Positions 29,937-38,587 of a DNA stretch of 47,803 nt are shown here, in pieces. Positions within the stretch are counted from its first letter, which is position 1, and every line of letters begins with the position of its first letter. The stretch is taken from the NCBI GenBank assembly GCA_964601885.1, contig CAZROY010000122.1, forward strand, positions 1 to 47,803, in the 5' to 3' direction. Position numbers and translations under genes: made by a program. Source of the DNA: an uncultured Sulfurovum sp. Lineage in GTDB: Bacteria > Campylobacterota > Campylobacteria > Campylobacterales > Sulfurovaceae. Below the pieces are notes generated by a model. It was given only the letters and a program-made list of their open reading frames with translations, had not been told where the DNA came from and made no database searches.

Positions 29937-31016
29937 TTATGTTGTAGAATGATAGAAATAATAGAGTATAGCTAAAAGAGTTAAACACGATATAATAGCA
30001 ATAGATATTTTAACTATACTATATGGTCTCTCTCCAACAACCTTTCCAGATTGACCATTAATTAAATAGTCATAAACCTTACCTTTCCATTTAAATTCTG
30101 CTGAGTATATTGGAAATAGTACATCTTTATAAGTTATATTATTATACTCTGTTTTCATATATCCTATTCTCTGTTGGTCTCCTCCAATATCTGCTTTTAT
30201 GGTTCTTATAATTATTCTTTCCATCTCTTTTTTTGCATATCTAAAGCCATCATTTAAATCTATGGAATACTCTTCGCTTACAAAACCAGATAGATATTTT
30301 TGGTTAAATGGTATAAGCTCTTTTGTATTCCAAGGAGCCAAACTATCAAGTAGAGAGTGGGGTAGGGTTTTTGATGCACCTACTGTTATATCGTCGAAAC
30401 TATTATATACCTCTCCTCTAACAGGAGTCCATCTAATTCTAGGCTCTTCCTCTTCTACTATCTCTTCTCTACCGTTAATCTCAACTCTCCTTTGAACCTT
30501 AACAAAATATATATCTCCTCTCTCCCCACTATATCTAGTCTCTGTTTGGCTATCAAATGTCCAATATGGGAGGTAATATCCGGTTAATTTTCTATTTCCA
30601 TCTACAAAATCTTTTAGTTGAGTTGGAGCAAACCATAGTGAACCAATCCACTTTTTAAACCTCTCTTGTGCATCTTTTTGAGTTATATTAAAAGGGATTA
30701 GAGATTTAGGTTCTATAGGTTTTGTAAAATCCGTAATAAGAGGAGTATTGCAATATGGGCAGTTTGAACTTATTAAATATGATTCCAACTCAATTTTTGC
30801 TCCACATTTATTGCATATAATCTCTCTACTATCTACTTTTTTTGTAGAAAGTTTACTCAATCCCTCTTTATAATCATACTCTTTAATCTCAATATTTGAC
30901 CTCTTAATATGTTCTATTGAACCGCAAAAATCACACTTTAATTCATCACTAACTGGGTCAAATCTAAGTGTTCCACCACAATTTTTACAGATAAAATTTT
31001 TTGCTTTAAACTTCAC
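29937..31016 (-). CDS. Double Zn-ribbon membrane protein (YdjG-like)
   Basis: Four CxxC pairs, YLPYWTF, INGQSGKVVGERP and C-terminal TM. Likely start is the GTG at 31016. Confidence 0.75.
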   Translation of the reverse strand: MKFKAKNFICKNCGGTLRFDPVSDELKCDFCGSIEHIKRSNIEIKEYDYKEGLSKLSTKKVDSREIICNKCGAKIELESYLISSNCPYCNTPLITDFTKPIEPKSLIPFNITQKDAQERFKKWIGSLWFAPTQLKDFVDGNRKLTGYYLPYWTFDSQTETRYSGERGDIYFVKVQRRVEINGREEIVEEEEPRIRWTPVRGEVYNSFDDITVGASKTLPHSLLDSLAPWNTKELIPFNQKYLSGFVSEEYSIDLNDGFRYAKKEMERIIIRTIKADIGGDQQRIGYMKTEYNNITYKDVLFPIYSAEFKWKGKVYDYLINGQSGKVVGERPYSIVKISIAIISCLTLLAILYYFYHSTT

Positions 31017-31035
31017 AATATATAAACCATAAATC

Positions 31036-32124
31036 TTATTGTGGAGGCAGTGGTGGAGGGGTGTTTTCAAATAAATCAGAAAGCCTATCTCCAGCCTTTT
31101 CCCAATTTCTCATACCTTTTGTCCAGACTAAAGAGTTTCTATCTATTTTGCCTTTATCTATAAAATTTTGAATAGTTCTTATATCATAAGGTCCCTCAGT
31201 TAAGTTATCAACTGCAATATGATACATAGTCTCATCTCTTGTAGGAAGTGGTGGAGGGGTATCTCTCTCCTCCTTTTTTGTTCTATTTCCAAATATCTCT
31301 TGACCCATAGAGAAGCCAATTCCCATACCCATTATATCACCAATTGCACTTCCACCTTTAGCATTTCCCAAAGCTTCACCCGCTTGATATTTTAAATTAT
31401 CATCAAGGTCACCTGTAACCTCTCTGCTAGTTCTTCTATCTAATACCCTCTCTACATTTTCTGGTAGGGAGATATTTTCTATAATCACTTTTGTCAACTC
31501 TAATCCATACTCTTTAAAATATGGAGCGATATGTTTAGTAACATACTCACTAAAATTCTCATAATTTGAGGCTAAATCAAGAATTGGAATTTTACTCTCC
31601 CCTAACACTCTTGTAAATTTCGATAAAATAAGATTTTTTAACTGCTCATCAATCTCATCAATCATAAAATTGCCATCAGTTCCTACAATTTCACTCATAA
31701 ATACTTTTGGGTCAATAATCCGTATCTCATAAGTTCCAAATGCTCTAAGTCGAACCATTTTAAACTCTGGGTCTCTTACCATAATGGGGTTTTTTGTTCC
31801 CCATTTAAGATTTGTAAACCGTTTTGTATTAAAAAAATAGACCTCTGCTTTAAATGGTGAGTTAAATCCATGGTCCCAATGTTGTAAAGATGTTAAAATA
31901 GGTAAATTTTTTGTCTCTAACTCATAAATGCCCGGCCCTAATATATCAGCAATTACACCTTCATTTACAAAAACAGCAACTTGTGACTCTCTTACAGTCA
32001 GTTTTGCACCATATTTTATCTCATTTCCATGTCTTGGAAATCTATATACCATAGTGTCATGACTATCGTCAAGCCACTCAATAACATCTATAAACTGTCC
32101 ACCAATCCAATCAAAAAGTCCCAT
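31036..32124 (-). CDS. SPFH/band-7 protein (YdjI-like) with C-terminal GYF_2 domain
   Basis: LTVRESQVAVF, SPFKAEVYF, KWGTKNP, RAFGTY; C-terminal GPY...LVWTKGMRNW..A and PPPLP. Confidence 0.85.
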   Translation of the reverse strand: MGLFDWIGGQFIDVIEWLDDSHDTMVYRFPRHGNEIKYGAKLTVRESQVAVFVNEGVIADILGPGIYELETKNLPILTSLQHWDHGFNSPFKAEVYFFNTKRFTNLKWGTKNPIMVRDPEFKMVRLRAFGTYEIRIIDPKVFMSEIVGTDGNFMIDEIDEQLKNLILSKFTRVLGESKIPILDLASNYENFSEYVTKHIAPYFKEYGLELTKVIIENISLPENVERVLDRRTSREVTGDLDDNLKYQAGEALGNAKGGSAIGDIMGMGIGFSMGQEIFGNRTKKEERDTPPPLPTRDETMYHIAVDNLTEGPYDIRTIQNFIDKGKIDRNSLVWTKGMRNWEKAGDRLSDLFENTPPPLPPQ

Positions 32125-32127
32125 CTT

Positions 32128-33273
32128 TTACTCCTTTTTACCCATATCTTCTATAACTCTATCTGACGATACTTCCATTTTCGCTTTTGTAGCAAGAAGT
32201 GCATCTTTTAACTCCTGCTCTGTTTTATTAAGTTGAGCCAATGCCATCTCTCTTGCACTTTTGCCCTCATCTGCAATTCTTAAAGAGTCATTTAGTGTAT
32301 CTATTAAAGTTTGATTTGCCTTTTTAATACTCTCTATATCAAACAGACCTCTCTCCATTTGGGTTCTAACCTCTCTATTTGCCTCTCTTAACCCTTCAGC
32401 ATTCTTCTCTAATAGCTCATTTGTTAAATCACTTGCATTTTTAAGAGCTTTTGCAGACTCATGAGTTCTAAATATGGTTACAGTTTGGGCTAACTGATTT
32501 CTCCATAATGGAACAGTATTTACAATAGTTGAGGTTATCTTATTAATAAGTGATTTATCATTCTCTTGAATTAATCTAATACTAGGCAGTGACTGCATAG
32601 CGACCTGTCTTGAGAGTCTTAAATCATGAACTCTTCTCTCTAACTCATCTCTAAATCCTCTAATCTCTTTTAACTCTTGAATTGCCATCATATCACCATT
32701 TTCCGTTCTCTCTTCATATTTAGGGATAATATTATCTTCCAACTCTTTTAATTTGATTTCTCCAGCCTGAATATATAGCTCTAAGTTTCTAAAATATTCC
32801 AAATTGGCATTATATAATTTATCAAGGGACCTAACATCTACCATTAATTTGGATTTATGCTCCTCTAGGCTATTTGCAATTTGGTCAATTTGGTCTCTAA
32901 CCTCCTCATATCCTTGCATAAATTTTACAATTGGTTTAGTTCCACCAAATAGACTCTTATACCAAGGTAGTTTTTTATTTGGATTTAACTCATCTATATC
33001 AAAACCTTTAATTGATGCCACCATCTCATTTAAAACAGCACCTACTGCACCTGTATCTTTATTTTTAACTCCATCTATCATACGGTTGGATATATCATCT
33101 AACTCCTCTTGAACAGATGCACCAAAATATATAATACTACTTCTATTATTAAAATCCAACTCATTTAGAGCCTTCTCTAATTTGTTCTGCTCTTCTGGCA
33201 TTACAGCTGGAAGGTTGTCACTTCTCTCTCCTACTGTAGCCTCTATAATCTCTTTTTTCGTTTTTGTTTCCAT
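32128..33273 (-). CDS. telA: Toxic anion resistance protein TelA (YaaN)
   Basis: Coiled-coil protein with LERRVHDL, PSIRLIQEND and TVPLWRNQ. Confidence 0.9.
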   Translation of the reverse strand: METKTKKEIIEATVGERSDNLPAVMPEEQNKLEKALNELDFNNRSSIIYFGASVQEELDDISNRMIDGVKNKDTGAVGAVLNEMVASIKGFDIDELNPNKKLPWYKSLFGGTKPIVKFMQGYEEVRDQIDQIANSLEEHKSKLMVDVRSLDKLYNANLEYFRNLELYIQAGEIKLKELEDNIIPKYEERTENGDMMAIQELKEIRGFRDELERRVHDLRLSRQVAMQSLPSIRLIQENDKSLINKITSTIVNTVPLWRNQLAQTVTIFRTHESAKALKNASDLTNELLEKNAEGLREANREVRTQMERGLFDIESIKKANQTLIDTLNDSLRIADEGKSAREMALAQLNKTEQELKDALLATKAKMEVSSDRVIEDMGKKE

Positions 33274-33284
33274 TACTATCTCCT

Positions 33285-34118
33285 TTAATTCGTTATTTGC
33301 TCATGAAGTACATCAATATGCACATCAAGGTCAAATTGATTATTTCTTTTTAATCTTATTATCTCTTTATTAAATCTCTTTTCTACATCTGTTAATAGAT
33401 GATATAGTCTCTCTTTTGTCTCTTCTGTTATCTCCTCTTCTTTCATCTCGACATAAGAGTTTGTTACCTTTTTAATTCCATCAATATAGACAATAAGAAA
33501 TTTTCTAGCTACTCTTATATCTTTTGGGTCAGACTCAATATTTTTTAAAATCTCATAAGCTTTATCTATTGCTACTCTTAATTTAGAGTTCAATTTTGTA
33601 TCTTTTATAAGGAGCATGTCCTCTTCTATATCTTTTAACTTTCCTCTAGCTGTAGCCAAAGTTTCCAATACAAACTCAGCTGAAATATCACCAATATTTT
33701 CTAACTTATCAGCTCTTGGGTCAAAGCCATAATATAAAAAATATCCAATAGAGGCAACAACTCCTAAAAATATACCAATTAATATATTTTGATAACCAGC
33801 AAATGAAGCAGTAAAAAAGGTAGAGATACCAAGTAGAACTCCGGCTATAAACTTATATTTTATTTTTGGTGCTTTTATAAGAGTTTTCGTATAGTATTCT
33901 AGTTCTTGGTCTAATCCCATAGAGTTTGCTTTTGCTGTAGCAAAAAAAAGTCCAAATGCAACCATATTTAAAATAAATGCTTTTATCTCTAACATCAATA
34001 GAGAGATAACAATAGCTATAAATAGTGGAACTAAAAATATATAGAGAAAATTTCCCTTTTTTAGTTTTAAAGGGTTTTTCTTCTCAACCGTTGGGTTATA
34101 TCGTTTTGCTTTTGACAT
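33285..34118 (-). CDS. xpaC: XpaC family (5-bromo-4-chloroindolyl phosphate hydrolysis) membrane protein
   Basis: Four TMs, YGFDP, DPKDIRVARKFLIVY and DLDVHIDVL; directly upstream of telA. Confidence 0.8.
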   Translation of the reverse strand: MSKAKRYNPTVEKKNPLKLKKGNFLYIFLVPLFIAIVISLLMLEIKAFILNMVAFGLFFATAKANSMGLDQELEYYTKTLIKAPKIKYKFIAGVLLGISTFFTASFAGYQNILIGIFLGVVASIGYFLYYGFDPRADKLENIGDISAEFVLETLATARGKLKDIEEDMLLIKDTKLNSKLRVAIDKAYEILKNIESDPKDIRVARKFLIVYIDGIKKVTNSYVEMKEEEITEETKERLYHLLTDVEKRFNKEIIRLKRNNQFDLDVHIDVLHEQITN

Positions 34119-34126
34119 ATACTCTC

Positions 34127-34207
34127 CTAAAATAGTTTAAGTAGTGGATACCAAACAGATATGCCAGAAGATAGAAGAATAAATAAAAAACCAAATATCT
34201 TTTGCAA
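34127..34207 (-). CDS. Putative 26-aa single-TM small protein (MQKIFGFLFILLSSGISVWYPLLKLF)
   Basis: AAGGA 6 nt before a TTG start; hydrophobic product; its TAG overlaps the AGGAG RBS of xpaC. Confidence 0.5.
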   Translation of the reverse strand: MQKIFGFLFILLSSGISVWYPLLKLF

Positions 34208-34321
34208 CTTAAATCCTTTTAATTTTTTTTGTTTAATTTTATCATAACTTTTTAAAGATTAGTTTCATAAATCTAAGTTTTAAAAATATTTTGTTTAAAG
34301 CGGACTTTTTGGCATCAGTTC

Positions 34322-34475
34322 TGTAAACCCTCGTTGTTGAGTGTGGGGATATAAGGAATATTGTGCTATAATTCATTTAACAGGAGTCAAATTAATGAAT
34401 TTCTGTTAAAGCCTTTAATATCTAAACAATAGTTTGGAATTTTTAGGAAGCTTTGCCATTTATGGCAGGGTACAT
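34322..34475 (+). mobile_element. Miniature non-autonomous IS200/IS605-type element with internal promoter and omegaRNA-like hairpins
   Basis: Left-end-like AAACCCTCG..GTGGGGATATAAGG, extended -10 TGCTATAAT at 34364-34372, two internal hairpins, and right-end-like GGAAGCTTTGCCATTTATGGCAGGGTA. Confidence 0.55.
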
Positions 34476-34481
34476 ATAATT

Positions 34482-34668
34482 AACCTGAGTGGTTCGACTA
34501 CTGTAATGTGTGGTCCAACATTTTCAATAGTGGGACAAGTAGTTGATTTGGGTGTGGACGGTTTCGTTTGAGTAACTAACCCTTACGAGAAATTATCCCC
34601 GAAGAGTCACTCTCTCCTACACCGTTGGCTTTTAGGGCCGACTTTTCACAGAACGGCCACTTGGGAAA
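34482..34668 (+). ncRNA. ssrS: 6S RNA
   Basis: About 185-nt GC-richer island. The 5' CCTGAGTGGTTCG pairs with the 3' CGGCCACTTGGG. Position upstream of purD matches the known 6S locus in Helicobacter and Campylobacter. Confidence 0.8.
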
Positions 34669-34763
34669 TTTTGGTTGATTTTTTATTACAATGCTTTATT
34701 AAATATTTAATTGTGTATAATTTATTATATAGTTTTAATTATTTAAATCTTAAGAGGTTGTAA

Positions 34764-36035
34764 GTGAATATATTAATAATTGGTGCCGGTGGAAGAGAGT
34801 ACTCTATTGGTATGGCACTAAAAAAAGATAAGAGTGTTGAAAAGTTATATTTTGCATTAGGCAATGGTGCTACAGATGAGTTGGGTGAAAATTTAGATAT
34901 TAGTGATTTTAATGAGTTGGCAGATTTTTGTGAATTAAATAGTGTAGATTTAACTATTGTAGGTCCTGAAGCTCCACTTGTTGCAGGAATTGTAGATATT
35001 TTTGAAAATAGAGGTTTAACCATTTTTGGTCCATCTGCTAAAGCTTCAAGATTAGAAGGTTCTAAGATTTTTATGAAAAAGTTTCTCTCGCGACACAATA
35101 TTCCAACAGCTGAATATATAGAGACGGACTCTATAGAGGAGGCGTATAGATTTATTAACTCTATGAAGCCTCCTATTGTAGTCAAAGCTGATGGGTTGTG
35201 TGGTGGAAAAGGTGTAATTATTGCAGAGAGTCGTGATGAGGCTAAAAGAGTTAGTGGAGAGATGTTATCTGGAAACTCATTTGGAGAAGCTGGAACCTCT
35301 ATTGTAATTGAGGAGGTTTTAAATGGATATGAACTCTCCATCTTTGCTGTTTGCGATGGAAAGGATTTTGTGGTTTTACCCCCTGCACAAGACCATAAAA
35401 GACTTCTCAATGGAGATAAAGGACCCAATACGGGTGGAATGGGTGCTTATGCACCTACTCCTCTTGTTAATGACGAACTTTATCAAAAGATAGAGAATAG
35501 GATTATTGTTCCAACTTTAAAGGGTATGAGAGAGGAGGGAAACCCTTTTAAAGGTGTTTTATTTATTGGCATAATGGTTGTTAATGGTGAACCTATGGTG
35601 TTGGAGTATAATGTTCGTTTTGGTGACCCAGAGTGTGAAGAGCTTATGCCTCTTTTAAAAACTCCTGCTAGTGAGCTTTTTTTTAATGCGGCAACAGGTA
35701 AGCTTAAAAATAGTAAAATTGAGTTTTTTAAAGATAGATATGCTGTAGGTGTTGTTATGGCAAGTAAAAACTATCCTTATAAGAGTAGTGAACCTTCTGA
35801 GATTATTATTGATGAGATAGTGGATAGTGAATTAAAAGAGAATTCTCATATATCATTTGCGGGGGTTACTCGCGGAGAAGATGGAAAGCTATATGCAACA
35901 GGTGGCAGGGTTCTTGTTTGTGTTGGATTGGGAAATAGTATTGCCGAAGCACAAGAAAGAGCATATATGTTGGTAGGTCAAGTCCATTTTGCAGGAAAAC
36001 AGTGTAGAACCGATATAGCATATCAAGCACTTTAG
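34764..36035 (+). CDS. purD: Phosphoribosylamine-glycine ligase
   Basis: [34 protein letters not shown] and [10 protein letters not shown]. Confidence 0.97.
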   Translation: MNILIIGAGGREYSIGMALKKDKSVEKLYFALGNGATDELGENLDISDFNELADFCELNSVDLTIVGPEAPLVAGIVDIFENRGLTIFGPSAKASRLEGSKIFMKKFLSRHNIPTAEYIETDSIEEAYRFINSMKPPIVVKADGLCGGKGVIIAESRDEAKRVSGEMLSGNSFGEAGTSIVIEEVLNGYELSIFAVCDGKDFVVLPPAQDHKRLLNGDKGPNTGGMGAYAPTPLVNDELYQKIENRIIVPTLKGMREEGNPFKGVLFIGIMVVNGEPMVLEYNVRFGDPECEELMPLLKTPASELFFNAATGKLKNSKIEFFKDRYAVGVVMASKNYPYKSSEPSEIIIDEIVDSELKENSHISFAGVTRGEDGKLYATGGRVLVCVGLGNSIAEAQERAYMLVGQVHFAGKQCRTDIAYQAL

Positions 36036-36043
36036 GAGAGTAA

Positions 36044-36499
36044 GTGGAAAACTCACACAGCAACACCCATAATGTATCATCAATAGGAAAAAGGACAATT
36101 GCTTATTTTATTGATGATATAGTGGTTTCACTATTTCTATTTATTATCTTTTATGAGCAGTTAATATCTATATATGTAGAGCTACAAAACTCTATGGATT
36201 TTACCCCTATGATTATCTTTTTAGAACAAAATAGTATAGTATTTATTCTGCTTAGAATAGTCTATCAAACTTTTTTTGTGTGGCAAAACGGTATGACTTT
36301 GGGAAAAATGGTTACAAAAATTAAGGTAGTTGAGAAAGAGAGTGGCAATATACCACAGTTTCAGACTGCCTTTTTGCGTTCTACTTTACGAATAATTAGT
36401 GATAGTATATTCTATCTTGGATATATATTTGCATACTTTAATCCTTTAGTTCAAACTCTACACGATAAGTTAGCTAAAACGATAGTAGTAGATGTATAA
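36044..36499 (+). CDS. RDD family membrane protein
   Basis: KRTIAYFIDD, GMTLGK and QTLHDKLAKT. Confidence 0.88.
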   Translation: MENSHSNTHNVSSIGKRTIAYFIDDIVVSLFLFIIFYEQLISIYVELQNSMDFTPMIIFLEQNSIVFILLRIVYQTFFVWQNGMTLGKMVTKIKVVEKESGNIPQFQTAFLRSTLRIISDSIFYLGYIFAYFNPLVQTLHDKLAKTIVVDV

Positions 36500-36505
36500 T
36501 ATTAC

Positions 36506-38587
36506 ATGGCTAAATTTATTTGTATTATTCTCTTGACGGTACTCTCGTTTGCAAAAGAGAGAGTAGAGATATTTGCTAAAGATGTCATCTTGGAGAATAA
36601 TACCACTCTAATAGCCAAAAATAGTGTTATTTTACTATATGATAATAATTTAATTAAAGCAGATAAAATCACATATAATAAAGAGACATCAACCCTTTTT
36701 TTAGAGGGTAGTGTTGAGATGTTAGGTAAAGATACAAATAGACTCTCCTCAAACACTCTTAAGATAGATACCTTAACAAAAGAGGTTGAGATTGATAGTA
36801 TTTTTTTAGCAGGAGAGGATAATTTGTGGATAGATGCCTCATCTGCTATAAAGGGAGATAATATCTATAGGCTGAAAAATAGTAAAATATCAAGTTGTAA
36901 TAAGTTAAATCCAGATTGGACGATAGAGTTTACACAAGCTGATTATTATAGTGATAAAGAGGTTATTACAATGGAAGATGCTAAGGTAAGATTTTATAAT
37001 ACAACTATACTATATCTGCCATACTTAGCATTTCCTACAGTGCATAAGAGAAAAACAGGTCTATTATATCCTAGATTTAAAATAACTGCTAGAGATGGTA
37101 TAGTATATGAGCAACCTTTATATTATGCCTCTAGTCCAAATTGGGATTTAGAACTTAATCCACAATTTCGTTTAAAAAGGGGAGCTGGAGCCTTTTTTAC
37201 TGCTAGATTTATAGATAGTAATCAATCCAATGGATATTTTAGGGTTGGATATTTTAAAAATAGTCACACCTATGCTAAAAATAATAATTTGAAAGATGAG
37301 CATAAAGGTTTCGAGCTATTTTATCAATCAAGAGATTTTATTCCTGAAAATTGGTATTTAAGAGATTATAAGAGTGGTTTCTATTTAAATAGTACATATT
37401 TAAGTGATAGAGAGTATTTAAATTTACAAAAAAACTCTGTCTCATCACTTGTTAAAAGTAATCTAGTGGAGTCTAGGTTAAACTCATTTTTATATAATAG
37501 TAATCACTATTTTGGAATTTATGGTAAATATAATATCGATATAAGTAAAGAAAATAATAATAGGACAATTCAAGATATGCCCTCACTTCAATATCATAGT
37601 TTTTTACAAAATCTATTAGAAGGGAAACTTTTTTACTCATTTGATACAAAATTACACAATTTTACAAGAACTCAAGGGAGTAGAGCTACACAAGCAGAGA
37701 TAGATTTACCAATAACATATTATGACTCATTTTTTAATCACTATTTAAATCTCTCTCTATCTGAAAATCTATATCTAAATAGGGTTGATTTTTCAAATAT
37801 TAACTCTAAATATAGAGACTACTACTACTATTATAGAAACTACCATAAAATTGATATATTCTCCGATTTAACAAAACAGTATAAAGATTTTTCTCACACA
37901 ATCTATCCCAAACTAACATATATAGTACCTAGCATACAGAAAGAGAAGCCTTTTGCCTATAGATATTTAGCCAATGAGAAAAAAGAGCTTTTCGTAACAT
38001 ATACACAAGAGGAGCAGTTATCTCTCTCCTTAGAGGAGTATTTCAACAATGGTTTAAATATGGGTTTTATGCACTCTATTGGATATAGTTACTATCCAAA
38101 TAGGTTAAAATCAAAAGGGGATATAATTAATGAGTTGGAGTATAATAGAGATAATTTAAATCTATATAATAATATAAAATATTCCAAAGAAGAGGAGCAA
38201 ATCTATTCAACAGTAACCTCACTTAGATATAATCAAAGCAACTATGATATAATGTTAACACATTTTTATAATAGTGATTTTTTATTTGACAATAAGCAAA
38301 CCAGTTTTATACAGAGTAAATTTATAAATCATTATACAGATAAGGATAGTTATTTTATAAGTTTTGATTATGATTTAAAACAGAATTTTAATCATCAATG
38401 GAATATAGGTTGGACACATAAACAGAAGTGTTGGAGTTCTAAAATTAGTATAGGTCAAGAGGTTGTTCCTAATTTTGATAACTCTTTCAGAAATACAGCC
38501 TTATATTTGGAGCTGAATTTAAATCCTATAGGCGGAATACAACAAAATATAGAAAATAGTTTTTCTTCACAAGGAGTAAATAATTGA
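36506..38587 (+). CDS. lptD: LPS-assembly protein LptD
   Basis: Signal peptide, OstA-like N-terminal domain, SSC..PDW, RKTGLLYP, and a beta-barrel ending KCWS...LNLNPIG. Confidence 0.85.
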   Translation: MAKFICIILLTVLSFAKERVEIFAKDVILENNTTLIAKNSVILLYDNNLIKADKITYNKETSTLFLEGSVEMLGKDTNRLSSNTLKIDTLTKEVEIDSIFLAGEDNLWIDASSAIKGDNIYRLKNSKISSCNKLNPDWTIEFTQADYYSDKEVITMEDAKVRFYNTTILYLPYLAFPTVHKRKTGLLYPRFKITARDGIVYEQPLYYASSPNWDLELNPQFRLKRGAGAFFTARFIDSNQSNGYFRVGYFKNSHTYAKNNNLKDEHKGFELFYQSRDFIPENWYLRDYKSGFYLNSTYLSDREYLNLQKNSVSSLVKSNLVESRLNSFLYNSNHYFGIYGKYNIDISKENNNRTIQDMPSLQYHSFLQNLLEGKLFYSFDTKLHNFTRTQGSRATQAEIDLPITYYDSFFNHYLNLSLSENLYLNRVDFSNINSKYRDYYYYYRNYHKIDIFSDLTKQYKDFSHTIYPKLTYIVPSIQKEKPFAYRYLANEKKELFVTYTQEEQLSLSLEEYFNNGLNMGFMHSIGYSYYPNRLKSKGDIINELEYNRDNLNLYNNIKYSKEEEQIYSTVTSLRYNQSNYDIMLTHFYNSDFLFDNKQTSFIQSKFINHYTDKDSYFISFDYDLKQNFNHQWNIGWTHKQKCWSSKISIGQEVVPNFDNSFRNTALYLELNLNPIGGIQQNIENSFSSQGVNN

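Noticed and set aside
34739-35428. 229-aa antisense ORF over purD
   Set aside because: It lies almost entirely antisense to a highly conserved gene and has no recognisable motifs; a typical codon-bias shadow.
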